From the NCBI GenBank assembly GCA_002269645.1, contig NIVC01000799.1, positions 154,720-218,719 of the forward strand: a stretch of DNA of 64,000 bases. Direction: 5' to 3'. This stretch comes from Macrostomum lignano. Taxonomy: Eukaryota. Positions 10,678-22,160 of the stretch are shown here, one piece after another (the stretch's first letter is position 1; each line of letters starts with the position of its first letter). Under the pieces are notes generated by a model that was given only the letters and a program-made list of their open reading frames with translations, made no database searches and was not told the DNA's origin. The position numbers were made by a program, and so were the translations under genes.

Positions 10678-13600
10678 TCACGTGGCCTTGGCCCTCTGCG
10701 CAGCTCTCCTGCCCACCTGGGCCTGAAATCCAGACTTGATGCTGGCAACTGAGCACCGACTGCCGCAGGTGCTGCACTGCAGGAAGAACAGCCGAGTCTC
10801 CTTAACGAGCTCAGTGTCGTGAGACCGGCACGTGTGGCACATCACGTACTCCTTGATGTACGAGCGCAGCACTGATTCAATGTTCTTAGTCTGGAATCTG
10901 CCCTTAATAATGAGCTGGTTGTTCCCATCAACCGACCCGGTGGTGCCCAGCTCAGTTAGAAGGTAAGCCAACAGGTGGTCTGGCTTCCTTCGAATCTGCT
11001 TGCTGATCTCCGTGAAGTTGGCAAAGGCGGTCTTCTTGGTTCCAACTCGCATCAGAGACGGAGGCTTCATCACCACCTTCTTCTTCTCCGACAGCATATC
11101 CGGGTTCCGCTCCATCATGGCGCGGAAGGCCCGGCTGAGCAGCTCGCTGTAGCTGTAATCCTTGTCCTCGCTTCCATCTCCCTCCACAGCTGACGCCGCG
11201 CCTTGGCCTCCGTCTTCCTCAGGCTGCTCAGCCGCCGCCGCGAGTCGCTCCTTCGGCGGCTTCTTCTTCTTCTTTGTTTCGAGGTTAAAGTCTGCTTCAA
11301 GCTCCTCATCCACTGCTGGGGTCTCCTCGGCCAGCTCCTTCTTCCTATTCTTCTTCTTTTTTATGCTCGGGTCGAACATCTGCGCGAGTCAAACAGGGGA
11401 GCGAAAGGCATGGCAAACAATCATAAATCATAATTATTAGTCGCTTAAAAGTGACACGGGCAATGCTTTTGAGTATTACAGTGCTAACTAAGACCACTCA
11501 GCTACATTCTAATTACCTAATTGACAAAATTTGATAAGAATACAACTTCACATTTTTGTATCCATAAAAGCTTGGGTATAGTATTTAAAATATATACTTG
11601 TACCAACAATGTGTTTTCACAGAGTATTTTTCTGAAACTTTATAACATATTTTGAGATACAAAGGTAGTGTTCCGCTATAAGGAGGGTCCATGTGCCATA
11701 GCCATAAACAAAAATATGGCTTATTCCAATTCTCTGTATTCCATAGCCATGGGGACCCCAAGATTCCCATATTCCCATAGAGCCATAGCTGTAGTTTTAA
11801 CAAAAAATCTAGGAAACCAAATATTTTGAACCTGGAAGATAACCTGGTGCTTAAACAACTGCAAATTAAGATAGAAAATAAAACAAACACTTGATTGCCT
11901 TTGTAGGGTTATATTTAATATTTTTACAAAGAGTAACAATACTTAATCACTACTGAAAGTACTACTGCTAACTTTTTCACATTAATAAAAGTCAGAGTTT
12001 GCTAATGTTTTATTGTACTTTATTAGGTATAATTTATAAGTTTTTAAGTCTATAATACAGTATTAATAAGTTTTAATCCATTAGTAAGCATTAAGATATT
12101 CCATTATCATTAATGGACTGCCATTAAGATTTTGTTGCACTAACAAATTAAAGAATTTGCAATAGTCAATAAGACCAAAGATCCAAAGAAAGAGCAAGAA
12201 TATATTTGACAAGAAGTTATATTATAATTAAATCTACCTATATGCCTAAATAATTTTTTTGTTTATGAGGATGACCATGCAATATTAACAAATCTTTTTA
12301 ATTATTGCTTTCATTATTAAAATATAAAGTAATTCTTGCCTATACCTACATATAAGCATTTATACTTGATTTATTTCTATACTATATATAATGTATATTA
12401 GCAATCTTTTATAACTTTCTACTGTGCCTGACAGTGCAACTGAAACAACCTTCTTTTTTATATTTTAATAATTAATTAGCTTTCAATTTTCAAATTTCTT
12501 GGAAGAAGAAACTTCTTACGTTTTCTACTTTTAGTATTCTTTTATATATAAGCTTGCTTCTTTTTATTTGTTACTCAATAAATTGTAAATCACTTAGATA
12601 AACTAGCATTTATATTTAGGCTACTATGCTTCAAACAATTTCAGTTAGGCCCTAATGGTAAGGTAATATTACCATATTACCAATCAGAGTGTTGCTAAGC
12701 ATAACATGCGCAACTGCTGGCCGACCTGGCCGATTTTGCCACCATAAATTGTGGTGGACCAGGGGTAAGTTGCAATAATGCCAAGCTTAAAAATAGACAT
12801 AGTACTAATTAGATGACGAGGCATTTAGCCTTATAAGACAGTCATAGTTACTCCTGCCGTTTACCCATAATTGCATTTACAGGTAAGTTGCATTTTTGGT
12901 CAAAAAAGTAAGTCGCATGGCCAGTGTAAATCAGGGGGGTTGCGCATGTATGTTGCTAAGCAATATTGAATCAATGTATCTTAAAAAGATTTTTCATTTT
13001 ATTTAATAAAAATAAATCAAAGCTCATTTGATATCAAACAATTGCACAAATATTTGCTAAAAATAGTTGAAGCAAGTCAACTTTTGTTAAAAGTTACAGA
13101 CAATTGTTTTGAATGTTTATCAAAATATTTATTGGAAATTAGAAAACCCTCAAAGACAAAAAATATTTTATAAAAAAAAGATATTTTGTTTCAAATTTTT
13201 TATACTAATTTTTAAATTTTATACTAAAAATTAGTATTGCTGTATGCAATACTAATTTTGCATACAGCAACTTTATTTTTGACCTCTGGGTTATTTTTTA
13301 TATTGGAATAATATCAAAAAACAATAATTTTCATTAGGCCTACTAAGTAGGCCCCTAGGCCCTAGGCTATATCTACTTGCCATGATCTAGATGGGTTGCC
13401 ATTATAAACTCGAAAAATCACATTGTCAAAAACAAGGCTCTATCACAAGCTTGAAAAGTCACAAGCTTAAAAAAATCACATTGTCAAAAAGTTTAGCAAA
13501 CATCATCACAAGCTCAAAAAGGCACAAGCTCTAACCCTAACCCAAAGGCACTAACCCTAACTCTAAGGCACTAGTACCCTGCCTAACCCTGAACTATTAC

Positions 13601-14628
13601 CTTAACCCTAATCCCAACCCTAACCTAAACCTAAACCCTAACTTAAAGGCACTAGTTCTTACCTTGACCCTAACCCTAAACCCTAACCTTAGGGCACAAG
13701 TTCTAACCCCAACCTTAAACTTAACCCTAAGCCCTAACCCTAAGGCATAAGCTCTAACCCTAACCCTATTCAAGCTTGTGATGGTAGTTACTAACCTTTT
13801 CGACGATGTGACTTTTCGAGCTTGTGAATTTTTGAGCTTATGATTTTTTGAGCTTATAACTTTTTGAGCTTGTTATGATGGTTGCTAAAACTTTTTGACA
13901 ATGTGATTTTTCAAACTTATGACTTTTTGAGCTTGTGATAGTGACTGCTAAATCAGTTTTTGACAATGTGATTTTTTGAGCTTATGACTTTTCAAGCTTG
14001 TGATAGTGGTTGCTAAACTTTTTGACAATATGATTTTTTGAGCTTAAAGTCGAGCTTGTGGGTTGCTAAATCAGTTTTTGACGATGTTATTTTTCGAGCT
14101 TATGAGTTTTTGAGCTTGTGATAGTATTGGCTCTAATTTTTTTGATGATATGATTTTTCAAGCTTATGACTTTTCAAGCTTGTGATAGTGGATGCTTTTT
14201 GACAATATGATTTCTTGAGCTTGTGATGGGCCTTCCATCCCATCTAGACTATGGTCCTTAATAAATATGTGTATCACAAAGTGCATGCTATATTAATATA
14301 CCAAAATTCAGGCATATATGTTAGCTATCAATATCATAAATATAGGCCTAGCTAGGGCAAGGTAGAAATTACAAATAAGATGTTAGAAATAGGCCTATCT
14401 AGCATACATGGTATAATTAGACCTAGGCCTAGGCTGCCTAGCCTATGGCTATAATTTTCTAAATGTGGAATAGGCCTAGATAGGCCTATTGCCATTGCCA
14501 AACATCAAATAACTAGAAATTATTTAACATAATTTCTTTTTACCCTATTTATCTTAAGCTCAACGCTCAAGCAAGCTAGGCTTGGTTTAAAAAATAACAA
14601 TGCTTACAGGCTCGGCAGGCTCATCCAT
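10678..14628 (-). CDS. EIF2S2: Translation initiation factor eIF2 beta subunit, copy A (about 240 aa)
   Basis: The main exon 11379-10678 encodes [10 protein letters not shown].., two Lys boxes, [22 protein letters not shown].. and the C2C2 zinc ribbon (CHTC..CSTC), all diagnostic of eIF2-beta. Its ATG directly follows the acceptor cgcag. An upstream phase-0 micro-exon at 14628-14608 (MDEPAEP|gtaagc) has its acceptor at 14677, and a probable non-coding exon donor CAG|gtaagc lies at 14825. Confidence 0.9.
12702..12950. mobile_element. Non-autonomous TIR element (MITE) carrying a 28S rRNA fragment
   Basis: Termini TAACATGCGCAAC...GTTGCGCATGTA, flanked by the direct repeat TGTTGCTAAGCA (12690-12701 and 12951-12962, a 10-12 bp TSD). 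It lies in the intron of eIF2-beta A. Confidence 0.7.
12804..12866 (-). pseudogene. 63-nt degenerate fragment of LSU (28S) rRNA, helix 69-71 region
   Basis: The minus strand reads gggtaaacggcaggagtaactatgactgtcttataaggctaaatgcctcgtcatctaattagt. The conserved eukaryotic 28S sequence, recalled from memory, is GGGTAAACGGCGGGAGTAACTATGACTCTCTTAAGGTAGCCAAATGCCTCGTCATCTAATTAGT. Confidence 0.85.
13386..14248. mobile_element. Foldback-type non-autonomous element with a telomere-like core
   Basis: Ends tctagatggg...cccatctaga. Subterminal repeat arrays are inverted (cacaagctcaaaaa on the left, tttttgagcttgtg on the right), with degenerate CCCTAA at about 13530-13770. Confidence 0.6.
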
Positions 14629-15599
14629 AATGTCTTGAATTGTTGTCAATGTTGAATTATGATGGCAGTGCTGTGTCTAAAATCTCGCAGTTTGGTTCAA
14701 ATATGGTTATGGTAGGCTTCAAAGTCTATATAAGCCTATTATTATAATCTTATATCAAACAGACGTAAGACATAGTCAGTTACTCGATGTATGTCACCAT
14801 ATGTGATCGCCGATCGGGTGCTTACCTGACTAAAGTTGTCGATAAGAGTCACCGTGGACAAATTCGACGACAATCTAGTCAAAATTAACGAAAAAAGGGA
14901 AAAATTATTTTTATTATTATTAATTTTTCCGGTACAATGGTATTAGTCAATGTACATTACAGTTTACTTTTTTATTAAGTTTGTTTTCTCCATTGTTTGT
15001 CCTCAAAAATTTTAAAATGAGCTTTCGAAGAAACGTTTGAAAAAAAACCGTAAAAAACCGTAAAAAATTCTAGACGCTCTTTCAAATACCTTACTTATAC
15101 AAATATCGTAACTCGTTTTCAGCGATCGTGTAAAAATATTTAACTTTGTGAACAAATACTAAATACATCGTATAATATTGGCAAAACAGGCTCCTTGCCT
15201 GGGCCAAATTTACTACTACTTCTAGTTTCGCTTCTCTTCGTTCAAAAATACCTGTGCGCTACGCGTATATCTGGATATCATTATTTTTCTAATCGCAAAC
15301 ACTTAATGCCGATCTAAAACTTTGTTTTAAGCGCTCTATTTTTGGTTATTTACTTCTTCTCCATAAAAATATCCCTCATCTTTAATACCTTATAATTGCC
15401 TGCAATCCTTACATTTGATATTTTTTTAATTGTCTGAATAATACCTATATACTAATTTTTGTCACCTACGGGATCAATTGAATTGCTATACATCGAGTTC
15501 ATACAATACTTGCTTTTTAATTCCTTACTTAAATACTTTTTGCTTCATTAGTCGTTAAAGATTGTTTGAAGTTTCGTAGAGAAAAAATTGGTAATGGGC

Positions 15600-15887
15600 A
15601 TGGCTAGAGTTTCGGCACCGGAGCCTGTTTTCTAACAGCTAGGGATCCAGCAGTGCTGTATAGAAGCATATAAAGACTGCTAAGAACATATCTTAAGAAG
15701 TCTGAATATTAGAAGCATCTTGTCCCAAATCTTATCATATTGTCTTTGTCTTAAATTTTAATCTAGAACAAAATCTCAATATCAGCCACCTGTAGAAAGA
15801 AGAATATAATGTTCCATCTATATTATAATGGCTCTGCCGGATCTGTAGCCATTGGAAAATGGGTTCCGGTGCCGGAACTCTAGCCAT
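15600..15887. mobile_element. MITE-like element with ~54-bp imperfect TIRs
   Basis: atggctagagtttcggcaccggagcc...gatccagcag (from 15600) versus the reverse complement at 15834-15887. No TSD identified. Confidence 0.55.
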
Positions 15888-16779
15888 TGCCAAAAAAATT
15901 AGGCATTCTTTCAAATACTATATTATTGCAAAACTTGTACTTATGCATAAATATCTCCTTCTAATCTTGAATTATTATTAAATACATTAACATATACTGG
16001 CCAAACAGGCTTCTTGCCTGAGCCAACTTATTACTTACTACTACTTACTTACTTAGGCCTACTACTTGTTTTTTCATTCTTAAAGAGGCACAATACGATG
16101 TTGTATTTAGATCAAACATTGTTTTGTCAAAGGTCATGAGCTTTAGTTTAAAATCACTTCACTTCCTTCGCTGCAAAAAAATATATGCAATGTGATATTT
16201 TTTATATTTTTAGCTCCTTACTCTAAGTAGGCCTAGTGTGTGTTCCCCCTTTTAGAAATCTAATATGATATTGATATTATAATGATATATTATGAAATAT
16301 AATATAAAAAGCTAGGTAGTGAAATTCAATTGAATAGATTTGTGAGCCTTTATTACTATAGTAGACAGTGAATGTATACTTATACTCCAATGATTTAAAT
16401 CAAGAAGTTTAAAATACTAATTGTTCCTTAAGTTTTAAACTTCAGAGGAGAAGCTTATATTTCTAGATAGATTTTGCAATGCTAAGTTTGGGATACAAGT
16501 TGTTTGATTCAAATATGAAAAAGCATAGCATTAAAAACAGTTTTAATAGCTTTACAGAGTATACTTTAATTTAATAAAGTCCTAATTAACTGCAATTAGA
16601 TAGGGCCTAGAGATAATATTGATTAAATCAAATTAGATTTAATTAACTTATATCTGTTTCTTGGAAAAGATGTAAGGAAGAAAGATCAAAGGAAATATTA
16701 TAAAATTGATCATGGTTATAAGCTATATCAGTATATGGTTAGAAATTCTTTATTTATATTTTTTCTTAAATAAAGCTTA

Positions 16780-17390
16780 AAATAATTTACAAAAGTTTAG
16801 ATGTGAGAACACAATAAAAGAGAGAAAGAAAGAGAAAAAAGAAAGATAGAATATATAGTAAAGAAAAAAGAATAGTAAATAAGCATAGGCATAAGGTAAT
16901 TGCAAGAAAAGAGAAAATAAGAGAGAAAAAAGATAATAGAGACAAAAGTAAAGAGAAAAGATGAAAAACGAGAGCAAAGAGGAAAAGAAAAAGAAAAGAA
17001 AAAAGGATAGATAGAAAAAAGACAATAAATAGGGATGAGAAAGGGGGGGGGGGAAAGAGTAGAGAAAATAGTGAGAGGAGAAAGGAGAGGAAAAAATGAT
17101 AAGAGAAATAAAAGTAGAGATGAGAGCAGAGAGGTAAGGGAAAAGAGAAAAGAAAGAACAAGTAGAGGAGAGACAATAGATAAGAGGAGAAAGAAAGTAG
17201 AGAGAGAAGTAAAAGGAAAAGGAAGATAGATAACAATAGAGATGGGAGAACAGTGAGAGAGATAAGAGTAGAAAGGAGAGAGAAAAGTAGAAATGAGAGC
17301 ACCAAGAGGAGCGATAAAAGCAGAGAGGGGAGATAAGATCAGAGAGGAGAGATAAGAGCAGAGAAGAGAATAGATAGGAAAAAGTCAGTC
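16780..17390. repeat. GA-rich low-complexity tract
   Basis: Almost pure purine sequence. The ORFs called here are compositional artefacts. Confidence 0.85.
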
Positions 17391-17731
17391 TGGACAATGG
17401 CAATCTGTGGTGTCTCAACAGACTAACACAGGAAACACGAGTACGTGGCAGGTAAGACTTTTTGCTGGAAAAAAAGGTACGAGCTCCACTTAGGGCAACC
17501 TGCGCTTATATTTGATATTTAACAGTAAATTGTTACATGATCGATAAATTCAACCGCCAAAATGTCACGTGATTAAAAATACGTTTCACAATACAATATA
17601 CGAATAATTTATTAACTGCACTACTTAAAGTAGAGTAGTAAGAAAAAGTAAGAAAAGGTTAGTTAGACGAACGGCCCTTTTACGGGCTCCTAGTCACGAC
17701 ACAACATTTTCCCCCTCCGAGAGCACGGACA

Positions 17732-19663
17732 TCACAGTCCCGCTTGGTACCGCTCCGAAGGTCGTCGGGCCCTGGCCGAGCGCCTTGGTTGGACTTCGCT
17801 GGGAAGCCCCGCCGGCTGCGCCATTGCCGCCGCATCGCTGTCACCGCCGAGTTCGCCATGCACCAGCGGGTCGAGCTCGGCGTCCTGGTCGCCGTAGGCC
17901 CTAGCGCTTGTGGGGACCAACGCCTGTTGATTCCAGGTTGTGCCGTCGCTCAGCCAGTACGCGGCGCCGGCCTTGGTCATGATCTGTAGCGGGCCGGACA
18001 GTCTCGTGGCCAGCTTGCCCTTCTTGATGGGCCGCCGCACTCGGACCCAATCGCCTGGTCGGAGGTCGCTGACTCGCGCCCGGCGGCATAGGTCCGTGTA
18101 GCGCTTGGTCCGCTGTTGCCGGTAGTAGATGGTCTCGCGCAGTCGCCGTCCCTCGTCCGTCTCATTGATGTCTTTGGGCGGTGCCAGGGCAGTCAGCATC
18201 GTCCGCATCGATCGCCCTAGCATGAGCTCGGCGGGGCTCCTGCCCGTCAGGCTGTGCGGCGTGCTCCTGTAGACCTCCAGGAACTGGGTGATGGCGTCGG
18301 ACAGCGGCGTGCAGTCTGCCTTGGCCGCTCGAATGCTGGAAAGCAGCGTCCGGTTGAGCCGCTCAGTCTGGCCGTTCGTGCTCGGGTGGTAGAGGCTGGT
18401 CTTGCGGTGTTGGATACCCCGAGCTCGCAGGAACTCTGTGAAGGCCGCGCCGAACTGCGGGCCGTTGTCGCTGATGACCTTCTTGCAGAGACCCCAGCGA
18501 GCGAACAGGGACCGCATCACCTTGCAGACGGTTTCGGTTGTGATGCTAGCCGTGGCGAAGACCACCGGCCACTTGCTATGCAGGTCCGTAACCACCAGCA
18601 GGAACCGGGACGATTGCGGCGCTTCGTGCAGTTCACCGACGATGTCGACGGCGATCTCCTCCCACGGACCCGCGGGCCACTCGATCGGCTGCAGCGGCGC
18701 TGGGTGCAGCTTGAAGTTCTTCTCCGCCGTCTCACACGCGCCGCAGCCCCTGATGAAGGTTTCGACATCAGCGTCGAGTCGCGGCCACCAGACGGACTCT
18801 CGCAGGATCTGTTTTGTGCGCACCACGCCTGGGTGTCCGGTGTGCGCCTGTTCCAAGACGCCGCGCCTCAGCTCCGCCGGAATGACGGCTCGCTCCTGAA
18901 ACGCCAGGCAGGAAGCGTCGTGCCAGACGCTTAGGTGTTGTCGCGCCAGCAGGTACGGCTTGAGTTCGGAGTCCGCGGTGCGCCTGGGCCAGTCGCCGTT
19001 CAACACGTGTTGCCGCACCCGTCGCAGCGTCTCGTCCTTGGTCGTCGCCTCCGCCAGCTCGGACAGTGACAACGCGGGCACCCTGGGCATCGCGGTGTCG
19101 GGCAGCTGGACGAAGTTCATGTCGGAGCCGTTGCTCCACCGGGACAGGAGGTCGGCCATGCAGTTGCTCTCGCCGGGTAGATAGCGGACGTGGAAGTCAT
19201 ACTGTTGGTACCTGTCGCACCACCTGTGGATGCGGAGCGGCCGGTGCCCGGTGCCGCTAGGTCCCATCAGCAGCTGCCGCAGAGACTGATGATCCGTTCT
19301 GAGCTCAAAGTGCCTCCCGTACAGGAAGAAATGCCACTTTTCCATGGCCCAGAGACACGCCAGGGCTTCTCGTTCGTTGGCTGCGTAGCGCCGCTCGGTC
19401 TCTGTGAGCGCTCGGGCGGCGAAGGCGATCGGCCGCTCGACGCCGTCCTGCAGCTGGGACAGCTGGGCGCCCAGGGCGACTGAGCTGGCGTCCGTAGTGA
19501 CAATCGTAACGGCTGCGGGGTCGAACAAAGCCAAAACTGGCGGGCTGCTGACCGCCTGCTTCAGCGCGTCGAAAGACTGCTGGCACTCTTCGGACCAGCT
19601 GAACTCCGCGTCGGCCTTAAGCAGCTTGCGCAGCGGCTCCGTGATGTCCGAGAAGTGCGGGAT
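17732..19663 (-). pseudogene. pol C-terminal part: RT connection, RNase H and integrase
   Basis: The frame is open from PHFSDITEPLRKLL.. onward. It contains RNase H (TTDAS, NEREAL, TDH), integrase HHCC (HTGHPG..CGAC) and DDE (IAVD, ISDNG, NGQTER). Confidence 0.9.
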
Positions 19664-19986
19664 GGGGGAAAATGTTGTGTCGTGACTAGGAGCCCGTAAA
19701 AGGGCCGTTCGTCTAACTAACCTTTTCTTACTTTTTCTTACTACTCTACTTTAAGTAGTGCAGTTAATAAATTATTCGTATATTGTATTGTAATGTATCG
19801 TATTCACGTGACATTTTGGCGGTTGAATTTATCGATCGTGTAACAATTTACTGTTAAATATCAAATATAAGCGCGGGTTGCCCTAAGTGGAGCTCGTACC
19901 TTTTTTCCGGCAAAAAGTCTTACCTGCCACGTACTCGTTTCCTGTGTTAGTCTGTTGAGACACCACATTGGCGACGAGGATAGGAT
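19664..19986 (+). mobile_element. Inverted insert of the same family: PPT remnant + full LTR (19673-19967) + 18-nt PBS (tRNA-Ser GCU type)
   Basis: gggggaaaa-TGTTGTG...CACCACA-t-TGGCGACGAGGATAGGAT interrupts the codons F-I-P-H of pol, with GGAT on both sides. Confidence 0.9.
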
Positions 19987-21350
19987 GAAACGCCTGAGGA
20001 AGTTGGCGGCGCCCAGGAACGGCTGCAGCTCCTTCTGGGAGGTCGGAGCCCGGATCTCTTCGAAAGCACGCGTACGCGAATCGCCAACACGGAACCCGTC
20101 GCCGGAAACTAGGAAGCCGAAGAATTCGATCTGCGGCTGTCGGAACTCACATTTCTGCTTGTTCACTGTCAAGCCCCTGTCACAGAGTCGCCGCAGTAGA
20201 GCCTCCAAACAGCGGTCGTGCTCCGTCGTGGTGGCACCGAAGATGATGAAATCGTCGAGGATGTGCTCCACGCCGTCCAGGTCGGCCACCAGATCGTCGA
20301 GCATGCGCTGGAACGCCGCAGGCGCTGACGTCAAACCGAACGGCACTCGGCAGTACCTGTATAGGCCCTTGTGCGTGATGAAGGCTGTCAGGTCGCGCGA
20401 AGACTCATGCAGCTCCATCTGCATGTAGCCGGCCTTCAGGTCCACCTTGCTGAAGATCTGTCCTTTGGCCCCCTTGATCTTGGCAGCGATGTCGTCCAGC
20501 TGGGGCATCGGGTGTTGGTCGCATATCACCGCCTTGTTGGGCTCCCGGATATCGACGCAGACCCTGATGCTGCCGTCCTTTTTGGTGGTGGTCACCAGGT
20601 TTGACACCCAGCGACTCGAGTCGACTCGCTCGATGATGCCAGCCGCCTCCAGTTTGTCGAGCTCAGCCTCCACCAGCTGCTGCTTGGCCAGCGGTAGACG
20701 ACGCAGAGGCTGGCGCACTGGCGGCATGGAGGGGTCGATGACGGGCTTGTGCACGGCTCCGCTGCAGCAGCCGATCTGCTCGCTAAAGGCCGCTGGGAAC
20801 CGCGCCTCCAGCTGCTCCGCGACGCTGTTCACCTCGCTGACGTCCTCACAGGCTCACATGGAAACCGAGCTTATCCATGAGGTCTCGACCTGCGATGTTG
20901 TCGCCGTGCTTCGCGATGTAGAATAGGTGTTGCAGAGACCGGTTGTTGTGCTTAACGGGAACCGCCGCTTGGCCCACGAGATCGATCAGCTTGCCGCCGT
21001 ATGCGCGCAGCTTCATCGTTGTCGGCTGAGGTAGCACGTCGGTCAGGAGCGCGGCCGTGTCGGCGTTCAACAGTGACACCTTGGCGCCGCAGTCGATCAG
21101 AGTATTGACCGGCACCTCTGCTTGTCCGAGCCGCAGCTGCGCACGGATCTCACCGTCTCCCTGCACGGCGTATATAGTGACCGCCTCGTCCGGGCCGTCC
21201 TGAGCCTGGCCGGTCACTTGGAGCGCCTTGCTCCGGCAGCAACGGCTGAAATGGTTCATCTTGCCGCAGTTGTTGCAGGACTGCCCCTTCGCTGGGCAGT
21301 TGCCGTCGCCGTGACTGCGTCCGCAGCGAGAGCAGGCCTTGGCGGCGGGT
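19983..21350 (-). pseudogene. Truncated gag (zinc knuckles) + protease + reverse transcriptase, with a frameshift near 20845
   Basis: CSRCGRSH..CPAKGQSCNNCGKMNHFSRCC (Mag-type double knuckle), protease LIDCGA, and RT motifs SKVDLKAGYMQ, VPFGLTSAPAAFQR and ILDD. A TGA at about 20846 and a +1 shift separate PR from RT. Confidence 0.9.
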
Positions 21351-22160
21351 ACGTGTACTAACTGTGTACTGTGTACTAACACAGGAAACGAGTACGTGGC
21401 AGGTAAGACTTTTTGCTGGAAAAAAGGTACGAGCTCCACTTAGGGCAACCCGCGCTTATATTTAATATTTAACAGTAAATTGTTACACGATCGATAAATT
21501 CAACCGCCAAAATGTCACGTGAATACGATACATTACAATACAATATACGAATAATTTATTAACTGCACTACTTAAAGTAGAGTAGTAAGAAAAGGTTAGT
21601 TAGACGAACGGCCCTTTTACGGGCTCCTAGTCACGACACAACACAATCATTTTTTGCAAACAGGGAAAACAAGATATGTTATTTAGGAGGTTTTAAAGAA
21701 GATTTAGAAGATTGGATTAGGGTCATAGAATTCAGCTAATAGATTTTAAGGAATGTAATTTTGTCAATGGGAGTTCTATGGCCTTTCTCCAATAGAGGAG
21801 TTGGCGTTTTTTAAAAATAAATAAATATTTATTGGATTATCTAAGATCCATTTTCTTGACAATGCCATTTTTGTAAATAAATATTTGTATGCAATAGGGT
21901 CTAGGGCAACTTTGTAGTTGTACCATGTGCATTGGTATACAAAAATTTACTTCTATATGCAATAGTTAAACTCTGGTATGCAGTCTGCAGGCCAAAATAT
22001 TTGTATGCATAGTCTATATTTTGGAGGCTATTGTGTAGGACTATATTTATATTAGTATATTGATAAATCAATGATGTGTATTTGTCTAGTCTCCCAATTT
22101 TTGCCTACTATAATCCTAATATAGCTTTAAATATCATTTAGCCCTTTTTGCATCCATTGC

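Larger units (their letters stand above)
17406..21643 (-). mobile_element. Ty3/gypsy (Mag-like) LTR retrotransposon, gag-deleted and pol-disrupted
   Basis: The 5-bp TSD CAATC sits at 17401-17405 and 21644-21648. The 3' LTR is 17406-17706 (TG..CA), preceded on the minus strand by the PPT ggagggggaaaa. The 5' LTR runs from 21643 to about 21375 and is truncated. Domain order is gag zinc knuckles-PR-RT-RNaseH-INT. Confidence 0.95.

Noticed and set aside
17744-21361. Numerous overlapping plus-strand and alternative-frame ORFs
   Set aside because: Shadow ORFs of the GC-rich pol, with no independent motifs.
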